Shown in pieces: positions 11,403 to 19,890 of a stretch of DNA of 64,000 nucleotides; within the stretch, counting starts at the first letter, position 1; every line of letters begins with the position of its first letter. Location: the NCBI GenBank assembly GCA_004431415.1, contig QPMI01000568.1, forward strand, positions 1-64,000. Direction: 5' to 3'. The notes below the pieces were generated by a model. That model made no database searches, was not told the origin of the DNA, and was given only the letters and a program-made list of their open reading frames with translations. The stretch is from Cyanophora paradoxa CCMP329 (lineage: Eukaryota; Plantae; Glaucophyta). A program made the position numbers and the translations under genes.

Positions 11403-12230
11403 ATGGCTGCCCCAGTAGAGCGAATTATTACACCCCAACTATCATTAGCAGCACCTGCAAATCACGTTTTGCAGCATGCTACCTTTGATGATGTAGAAGG
11501 TCTCCAATCCACAGAAGTCCAACCTACCATGAATACTTTTGGTTCAACCCATAAACTGAGATTGCAGGAACTCAGGTGTGATAAAAATAATGGTATAGTT
11601 AAGACAACGAAACTCCTTGTCACAAATGCAAACTTTTCTGCCCATTATGGAGACCCAGACAGTTATGGTGCTCCTCTTTCTACTTATTCTTTTGAATCTC
11701 GGTCGGGAGCTATTAACTGCAAAACGGGGGGAGCATATATTGGTGATGGTCTTCGGATTGGTGGAGCTGTTGGTGCGCCTCTTTTCGTAAATGATCAACC
11801 CAACCCCATTGATCCCAACACCAGAATTCGCACCTATGTCCCCAGTATGAATGCACCATATATTATAAAGATCTTCCCAATTGTTGTGAATGAACAGACA
11901 TCAGTAGTTGATTCTCTTGTTGAGATTGGTGACCACTACAAGGTGGTCGTGGATATTCCACCAGATGTTTATGCTGTCTGTCAAGTAGAGGGTGGAACCC
12001 CAAATATTGCAGTTGTGATCACCCCATATGACAATTTCGGAATCGCTTATCATGGTGTGAATTTCGGTCTTGAAGATTACCAGTTCTTGGTGAGAGCCAC
12101 CAGATTTGGTATCTACAAATGCATTCTCTATGCTGAGAGAACCGATGCTATTGCAAGACAGAATACATATGCAGAGTATTACGGCACAAATCGATACTTC
12201 CCCATTTTCGGGCAGGATACTGCTCCATAG
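11403..12230 (+). CDS. Virion-associated protein with shared N-terminal fibre module
   Basis: LRLQELRCDKNNGIVKTT...GGAYIGDG module; near-identical orthologue at 33768-34601. Confidence 0.8.
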   Translation: MAAPVERIITPQLSLAAPANHVLQHATFDDVEGLQSTEVQPTMNTFGSTHKLRLQELRCDKNNGIVKTTKLLVTNANFSAHYGDPDSYGAPLSTYSFESRSGAINCKTGGAYIGDGLRIGGAVGAPLFVNDQPNPIDPNTRIRTYVPSMNAPYIIKIFPIVVNEQTSVVDSLVEIGDHYKVVVDIPPDVYAVCQVEGGTPNIAVVITPYDNFGIAYHGVNFGLEDYQFLVRATRFGIYKCILYAERTDAIARQNTYAEYYGTNRYFPIFGQDTAP

Positions 12231-12255
12231 AAATCTCAGGTATATATAGAGAGGG

Positions 12256-12528
12256 ATGGATGATAAAACAAAGAAATTTATAGAATCTGCAATGATGGTT
12301 CATGGTGATGCTAAATTCGATTATAGTGAGACAGTCTATAAGAAAGCGCAAGAGAAGGTCTCTGTTAGATGCCTCAAATGCAACAAGATCCTCCAAACCT
12401 ACCCATTTAATCATGTAAGGGGAAGTGGATGCAGAGAGTGCAACAAGAAATCCTCTCATGCTTACAGAAAAAAGACTACATCAGGAATTGTGATAGAGGA
12501 TAAACCAGTAGTATTATATTTCGATTAG
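12256..12528 (+). CDS. Small zinc-ribbon protein (single copy of the homing-endonuclease-associated repeat)
   Basis: FI..A..VHG..FDYS..Y....KV.VRCxxC...H..G.GCxxC; same repeat as in 47069-48001; orthologues in C and D. Confidence 0.75.
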   Translation: MDDKTKKFIESAMMVHGDAKFDYSETVYKKAQEKVSVRCLKCNKILQTYPFNHVRGSGCRECNKKSSHAYRKKTTSGIVIEDKPVVLYFD

Positions 12529-12674
12529 ATCTTTGAGAGAGAAATGAGAATCTTTCCCCATTTTCCCTTGGTGATTATGCATGTGTCAAAGCAGTTTGGA
12601 CAGGTCTTGTGGTAGTGCAACAGAATGATATCCACCAACTCATAAGGTAGCACTCTTGCTAAGATGGTTCGCAT
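12525..12674 (-). CDS. 49-aa Cys-containing microprotein, F-box-like N-terminus
   Basis: MRTILARVLPYELVDIILLHYHKTCPNCFDTCIITKGKWGKILISLSKI; same length and mostly synonymous changes in the orthologue at 63793-63942. Not in the ORF track. Confidence 0.7.
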   Translation of the reverse strand: MRTILARVLPYELVDIILLHYHKTCPNCFDTCIITKGKWGKILISLSKI

Positions 12675-12714
12675 TCTACCAATCGCGTTTTTAATTTTTC
12701 TAAATTATTCATAA

Positions 12715-13116
12715 ATGAATACTCATCGAGGCTTCCATGTGATGCTGGATTACAAGTTCAGAACCCAATTAGCAGTAGGAATGGAAAACTTGGAGACAAC
12801 AACCAGGTGGTTAATGCAGTTCTTGCAAACTATTATTCAAGAGCAAGGTATTCGAGTAGTTCACAAGCATTGCGAGATTTTCGATGGTGGTATTTCTCCT
12901 CCTGGTTTTGCAATGGTTCTTCTGCTGGATGAGAGCCACTGCACTGCTCATTGTTACTCAAATGAAGGTATGCTGGCGATTGATATATTCAGTTGTGGAT
13001 TAGAAGCAGAGAGAAAAACCACGAGAGTATCTCATGAGATAGATGAGAGAATAACAGGTGTGTTTTCAGGGTTGGAGAAATCGGAGAAACATAGAGTATT
13101 GCGATTTCCGAGTTAG
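12715..13116 (+). CDS. speD: S-adenosylmethionine decarboxylase proenzyme (bacterial class 1B-like)
   Basis: G.H...D at the N-terminus; GFAMVLLLDESHCTAHCY...LAIDIFSCG with the E/S-H pyruvoyl self-cleavage site. Confidence 0.85.
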   Translation: MNTHRGFHVMLDYKFRTQLAVGMENLETTTRWLMQFLQTIIQEQGIRVVHKHCEIFDGGISPPGFAMVLLLDESHCTAHCYSNEGMLAIDIFSCGLEAERKTTRVSHEIDERITGVFSGLEKSEKHRVLRFPS

Positions 13117-13184
13117 TTGACACTGAGAAATTCAGAATTTCAGATGGTCTTACTGAAAATGGTCAGATAATCGGGTGTGACACC

Positions 13185-13612
13185 TATTTAATTGACTGTG
13201 ACGCCTCTTTAATTGACTGTGACGCCTGTGACGCCTGTGACGCCTACTTTCAAACTTTTTAAAATTTTCAAAAATTACAGACTTCTGAAAACAGCCGTCA
13301 CAGCCGTCACAGGCGTCACACCCAATTAACAATGGAATCTCTTTCTCTTACTGAGATTTTCGAAAATATATTCTTGTCTTACTGAAATCCGTCTTGTGAC
13401 ACCTCTGACACCTACAAAACACTATCCATTAATCAACCTTTTTGAAAATGCGAAGTTGTCTTACTGGAAATGGTCTGCAATTTCGCTGTGACACCTAATT
13501 TAATTGAGTGTGACGCCTGTGACGCCTGTGACACCTACTTTCAAACTTTTTAAAATTTTCAAAAATGACAGACTTCTGAAAACAGGCGTCACAGCCGTCA
13601 CAGGCGTCACAG
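13185..13612. repeat. Two duplicated blocks of inverted 9-mer iterons (TGTGACGCC)n ... (GCCGTCACA)n around an AT-rich core
   Basis: Blocks at about 13185-13321 and 13487-13611 share CTACTTTCAAACTTTTTAAAATTTTCAAAAAT. Confidence 0.85.
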
Positions 13613-13732
13613 ACATTCCACCCCTCTTACTGACTTTCTCAAAAACAAAACTATCTCTTACTGAATATCATTTGAATACTACCTGTCACACTTGAATTCA
13701 TTTATTCTGTTTTATAGAACATATGCAATCTA

Positions 13733-13992
13733 ATCGATTGTTCAATTGGAGACCATGCAACTCTGTGACACTTTTTCGGTGCAAAAATGTAAATCCGCAA
13801 TCCCATCGATTGTTTAATTGGAGACCATGCAACTATGTGACACTTTTTGGGTGCAAAAGTGCCCATCCCCATTATAATCGATTGTTTAATTGGAGATAAT
13901 GCAACTCTGTGACAGTTTTTGGGTGCACAAATGCAAATCAGCAATCTCATCGATTGTTTAATTGGACACAATGCAACTCTGTGACACTTTTT
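13733..13992. repeat. Four 72-bp tandem units with core ATCGATTGTTTAATTGGA
   Basis: Cores start at 13733, 13805, 13877 and 13949; homologous to 62589-62949. Confidence 0.9.
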
Positions 13993-14304
13993 GCGTTTTT
14001 CGATACAGAATGGGCGGTGGTCTACTTCAATACCAGAGAGATATATCGAGTTTATGCGAATTTATGCAATTTAATCGCGATTATTTCGTTCTTTAAGTAG
14101 TTTAATGCAAATTAATCGCAGTTATATATGTAATCGACAAAGAACATAATCAATCGATATAAGATCAATTGATTCAATCGTTAATATGCATAAAGTTAAA
14201 CGCGTTTTTCATTTTTAATACAAAGTTTGCATTAATTTATACAAAGTTTGCATAAAAAAGTTAAAGAATTTAATCGATAAATACGTATTTTAGTATTAAT
14301 TTTG

Positions 14305-14399
14305 ACACATATGTATAAACTTATTTAAATCCTGAGTGAATCGAGATCGCGAAGCGATCGAGATGAACGAGGGATTTAAATAAGTTTATACATATGTGT
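14305..14399 (+). other. Terminal fold-back hairpin of element B
   Basis: 28-bp perfect arms (14305-14332 / 14372-14399) enclosing an inner stem with three tandem G.A mismatches and a GCGAAGC apex. Confidence 0.9.
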
Positions 14400-17300
14400 G
14401 CTGTAAATTGGGGTAGCAGTATGGCGGAAGGGGAAGCCCCAGTTGCTCCTGCGCTGCGAAAATGCGGTGCATGATATACGGGAGAAGCAGGGGGTGGTTC
14501 GTGCGGATGGTTTCATCGAGCACGTGAATGGCCAGCTGTTCGTCCTCCGTTCTCTTGAGGCCGTAGAAGCCTCGGCTCCACATGAGCGCGTTGGGCGTGG
14601 ACCCCCTAAGGCGGGCATGATGTTTAGTGAGCGTCATCCAGAGAGTGTCGAGCTGGGCACATTGTCTCTCGGTAAAGGAAACAATCTTGCAGGCGTAAGT
14701 GATGCGAGGGAGAAGGACGCTATTTACTATGTATATCGTCTCTTTGGCGGTGAGTTTCTTACGCCTTAGTATCGCGCAGGCTGCCCGAGCTGTTGAGTAT
14801 ACAGCCTCAAATTGCCGCCGCCAGTCCAGATTTGCTGTCATCCAGACCCCGAGCACCTTGAATGGTTTGTTCGGCGCAAGGACTTTGTCGGCCGGTTCTT
14901 TAGCATCGGGCGGGCCTAGTAGCGGGGCAGACGGGCGTGGGGAGACGTTGTTGTACGTAAATTCGGTTTTCTTCGCGTTGAGGGCAATATCATGTATCCA
15001 GAAGAATTCAGAGGCCAGGTCTGCGTGCAGCTGGATGCCCCGGGCTGTACCGCTAATAAGTACGGTGTCGTCTGCGTATGCTTGCCCCGGCGAGGTCACC
15101 CGAGGCAGGCGCGCTCGCAGGCGTCGGGTGGGCGCGGGCAGGTTAGCGTCAGACGCAGAGGGCGGCGGGCCCATGGAGTATTGGGTGCTCTCCGCAGCGC
15201 TGACTTCGCGTAAAGCCGATAGAAATACGTCATAGAAGATGAGCCAGTGAATTGGGGACTCGGTTCCTCCTTGCGGGAGCCCGCACTCCACATCGAAGGG
15301 GTCAGTTGGGCCGTACCCTGTCGCGACGGACGCTGTACGTGATGTTGATATTTGTCCGTAGAGGCTTATGTACCGTTCGGGAATTTTTAGGCGGCGGAGT
15401 GCCATTTCCATGCTAGACCAGCTGACGCTGTCGTAGGCTCTGCGAATATCTAGCAGTAGCAGATAGATCGGTTTCGAGAATTGTTTTGCGTCCTCCAGTA
15501 GCGCGCGCAGCATGTACAGAGGCTCGTCGGTGGACTTGCCTCGAGTAAAGGCGAAGTTCGCGCCCTGTAATATGTCGTGTTTGCGGAGAACGCGCGAGAG
15601 GCGGTCAGTGAGGACTGCCGTCACGAGTTTCAGCGTGCATTCTTGGAGTGTAATGGGGCGGACATTGTCAGGGTGCCCATCCCATTCCCCGCCCTTGGGG
15701 ATAAGACATATATTTCCGTGAAGAAGGGGCGCAGGGACAGACGAGAGTTTTAGGATCAGATTTACCGTAGTGAGGATTACCTGGCGGCACGTCGGGAACA
15801 GGTTATCGGGTTCTTGGAGCGGCTCCGGGTCCAGGCCCGCCTTGCGTAGTTCTTCGCAAGTTTTCTTTGAAAGGACCGGTGCCGTCCACAGCATTTTTAT
15901 CATTTCGTGGGAAAATCCCGAGGGCCCCGCCGCACCGTTTCGGAGAGAGCCGATGATTCGGTCCAGTTCGGCCTCGCTGGTGGGTTCCATTAGGTACACA
16001 TAAATTGCATCATCAATATCCTGGCGCGGGGAGTGAAGTCGGCGCCATATTGAGGCCTCCTGTGCACATGTACTAAGTGGCAGCGCGCCCGGGTCCCTGT
16101 TCGCTGTGAGTGGGCTACGCTGCCGTGTCCAGGCATGCATGTGATGGCGTGCGAACTGTTTCACTGCATCTTCATTGCCGTATACCTGATATTCTCCAGC
16201 GTGGCAGAGGGAGAAGGAGGTAATCGGCCTGCGTTCTGGGGCTTCAAGTGTTTGGCGGAGGTATTGGGCGAGGTCTGTCTTGAACATGCGCTGCGAGCGC
16301 TCTCGGTTTGCTCTGATTGTCGTGGCTTCGAAACGTTTAATGTGGGCCTGGACTTTGGTGTCCAGGGCCGAGGCCCAAGTGGTGAAGCTTGGAAAATAGT
16401 CGAGCCAGCTTGGTTGTCGGGCAGAGAATGGCGGCGGCACAGGGGGTAGTGGGAGTTTAAGATAGCCTGACCGCTTGTCTATTGGGAGTTTGTCAAGCCG
16501 GCGGTTGTGATTTGAGATTGCCCTGCGCAGGTCAGAGAGGGAGTGCCGTACGCGGCGCGGCGTGGAGTCGATCCCGTGGCGCGCCGCTTCCCATGCCTTG
16601 CGCAGTTCCTGGGCCCTCGTGAGCAGGTTGGATTCGGGGCGGCCGCGGCGGGAGAATTTTTGAGGGATTTTTGGGGGCGTAAAGATGCCAAATACTGGCG
16701 ATTGGCCGAGGTCACAGATGTGGGCGAGAGTGGATTTGAGGGCTTCGTGCAGGCGGGCTAGGCGGTCCTCTGGCGGGGTGCCGTCGTCGTCCTCCAGCGT
16801 TGCGAGTAGCTCTCGTACGCTAGCTGAGGACCCCGGCACCGGCTGCTGTAGCTTTTCTTCCAGTAGTTCTTTGAAGCGAATTTTTGTGAGCGATGCCTGT
16901 GTCGCGTACTTGAAACGCGGGGGGCCGGGCGAAGACGCTGGGGGCCCCAGTTTATATTTGATGGCCAGGGCCCGTTTACTGTACTCTGCAAGGAGTGGGA
17001 AATGGTCCGAGGGGAAAGGGGCGTTTCTAGGCGACGCTTGGGCCGCTCGAAGGGCGTTAGTCGCGACTTGGGATTGTAAGATGTAGTCGAGCCTGGTAGC
17101 ATGGCGGAGCGTGCCATCTGGGGCGATGCCTCGAGGGTTGGGGTTGTCAGGAGCGTCAGGAAATATGAAGGTGATTTGGTCGTCGGTGCCCATGGCTGTG
17201 GCAGCGTCGGAGAGGGTCCAGTCGTGAAGCAGTTCATGCCACCAGCGGTGATCAGGTTCTCGTGTGGTCGCATATTGCCCCTGTCTGATTTTGCCCGTCT

Positions 17301-17920
17301 CGGGACAGAGGCAGCTGTTAAGATCGCCAAGGAGGAAAAAGTGCGCGCGGGGGCGGAGCGCCCAGTCAGCGTACATGGTCGCGCGGAGATAGTCGAAGAT
17401 TTTCGCACTTTCAGTAGACCGCGCCGTCCGACTTTCGCCGGGGGGAGGTACACGCTGGCGATAAAGATCTGAACATTATTTGCAAATCGAAGCTCACAGC
17501 CGGCCACGCGGCCTGGCATTGTGTAGGTCTTAAAACAGTGCTTGGCCATATTTTCTGAGAGAAAAAGGGCTACGCCGGAGCCGCGGGGGAGGCTCGATTT
17601 TGGCGGAGTTTCTTCTGCGAGAGGGGCGGGGTGGGCGGGGCTCGAGCTGGGAGCTCCTGAGCACTAGTTGTGCGCGTGGCCGAGTCGGCGTGCACGGACG
17701 TGAGCATGAGCCCCGATGTCACTGACCTGCGCATCGCTCTGACCGTAGCCTGGGTGCAGTTAAGTGATTGGACCCCTAATACGCTCAGCCCCCAGTCAAG
17801 CATATATTTCTGGATCTGGCCGACATGGTTGACGCTAGAGCAGGTGCGGGCGTTCCAGGTCGCGAGTCTCCAGTACTGGTCAGAGTCAAAGCGGCGGCGT
17901 ATGATACCCGATTTTCGGTG
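14400..17920 (-). mobile_element. Non-LTR retrotransposon (LINE) ORF2: APE endonuclease + reverse transcriptase; 3'-truncated, frameshifted at the 5' end
   Basis: APE motifs LATWNART, FIASVYLPP, LLGDLNS, TRLDYI, SDHFPL; RT motifs RPITL, LLDIRRAYDSV, GLPQGGTESP, AYADD, FKVLG. The 5' boundary is uncertain and may extend to about 18.9 kb. Confidence 0.9.
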
Positions 17921-19214
17921 AGTGCCCGCAGGTTTGGCTCCGAGGCGCTCGTGTGTAAACAGCTCGAGGGAAATAGCGTGCGGAGCAGCGGCGCGGGACG
18001 GCCGGCACCAGCGGGGCCAGGCGTGTTATATGCGGTCATGGGACTCTGGGCGGGTGGAACATTTTCTTGTGCCCCTGGTGCAGGCCAGACTCCAGGCCTG
18101 GGTTCTTCGCGGCGGTGCGCGGGGGCGGGCCGGATAGCGCTGTCGTTGGATGCCATGATGCCGGGCTCGCGCGTGATGCATGGGCCAGCATGGCCGGGTC
18201 AGCTTGGCCCGCCGCGGCGAGGGCCGAGCCCGCTGCCGCTGCCTGGCGGCGCCACCCCGCATTCGCATGTGAGCCTCTAGCGCTGTGGTCATGGCAGCTA
18301 TCGGGCCCGATTGACTGGTTGCTCCCGATTGGCGGGTGCACAATGAATGGCGACGACGACGTAGTGCCGGCGCTAGCGGCCGGTCCGGGAGGGCAGAAAA
18401 AATTCTTTTTCTGTTCATGCATATGTCTTGGGGCCGGGGACTCGGACGGTTCGCCGGAGCCAGTGATCGAGCTCGCGGTAGGCGTCGCGGAGATTCGAAT
18501 TCGGGTCGGGATCCAGCTGCAGCGCCGGCCGCGGCGTGCACCGCCGTGCAGTCTACAGTGCAGACCGTACACGTGCGGGCCACTGACAGTGAGGCTACGT
18601 ATGCTATGCTGGCGGTAGCGCCGGCGGCGCACATACACAGTGTCATACTGGTACTAGTAATTGTAGTGGCGGTGGCGCTAGCTGTTGTGATTGCCTTGGC
18701 GTACCCATCTTTGGCAGCCCTAGCTCTAGATCGGGATCTGGGGCCTGGGGGGACAGAGGATAACTGACACGAAGAAGAGCCAGAGCTAGAGGATAACTGA
18801 CACGAAGAAGAGCCAGAGCTAGAGATACCACAGCGGAACGCTTGTATGGGGAAAAAAGTAACCGAGTAACTTAGTGAAGTCAGGTCTAGTACTCTGGTCT
18901 AAAGACTCATGTTCACGTGGATTGTCCGGAACGTTCGCGCTCGCGGCGAAAATCGGTGCACACACTCTTAAGACATTATTCTTTTAGATTGTCACTCGTT
19001 TATATCGAGATGGCGCGCTGGTGGTTCAATATTTTGTCGGCGTGACCGTCGAATGAGGGAAAGCGGCTAAGGCACGGCACCCAGGCACGGTACAGGCTCT
19101 GCTGGGGCCAGTGAAGCGGCAAACGAAAGCCATTTGAGTGCCATACACGTTCTCCAAGGCAGCGGGTGCAAGAACAGGGCACAGGGCAGGTGGGGTAGGG
19201 CAGGGATGGGCCCC

Positions 19215-19890
19215 CGCCGCCCCCTGCCCACCGCCCCGGCCCCCGCCACGCCCGGCCGAGCCGCGCCGCCACCCACCGCGCCCTCGCCACGCGGCGAGCC
19301 ACGCCACCGCCCGCCGCGCCCCCGCCCCGTGCGGCGAGCTGCGCCGCCGCCCCATGCGCCCCCACCACGCCCGGCGAGCCGCGCCGCCACCCGCCGCGCC
19401 CCCGCCACGCCCGGCGAGCCGCGCCGCCGCCCGCCCCGCCCCCGCCACGCCCGGCGAGCCGCGCCGCCGCCCGCCGCGCCGCCGTCCCGTGCGGCGAGCC
19501 GCGCCGCCGCCCGCCGCGCCGCCGTCCCGTGCGGCGAGCCGCGCCGCCGCCCGCCCCGCCCCGTCCCGTGCGGCGAGCCGCGCCGCCGCGCGCCGCGCCC
19601 CCGCCCCGTCCGGCGAGCCGCGCCCCCGCCCGCCGCGCCCCCGCTACGCCCGGCGGGCTGCGCCGCCGCCCGCCGTGCTCCTGCTCCGTGCTGCAAGCCG
19701 CGCCGCCGCCCGCCGCTCCCGCCCCGTGCGGCGAGCCGTGCCGCCGCCCGCCGCGCCCCCGCGACGCCCGGCGAGCCGCGCCGCCGCCCGCCGCGCCCCC
19801 GCCACGCCCGGCGGGCTGCGCCGCCGCCCGCCGTGCTCCTGCATGCTCCGTGCTGCAAGCCGCGCCGCCGCCCGCCGCCCCCGCCCCGTG
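19215..19890. repeat. GC-rich minisatellite, ~38-39-bp unit (CCGCGCCGCCGCCCGCCGCGCCCCCGCCACGCCCGGCGAG-like)
   Basis: Direct tandem repetition; explains the many low-complexity ORFs here. Confidence 0.85.

Larger units (their letters stand above)
2865..14399. mobile_element. Endogenous PLV element B (virion-accessory module to hairpin terminus; left part not visible)
   Basis: Gene order patatin/fibre/284aa/275aa/Zn protein/AdoMetDC is homologous to element C; sharp AT-to-GC switch at 14399/14400. Confidence 0.8.

Noticed and set aside
14386-17376. Diversity-generating retroelement acting on the nearby fibre genes
   Set aside because: The RT is an APE-containing LINE ORF2 with host-like GC content and is cut by the virus; no template/variable repeat pair with adenine-specific changes was seen.
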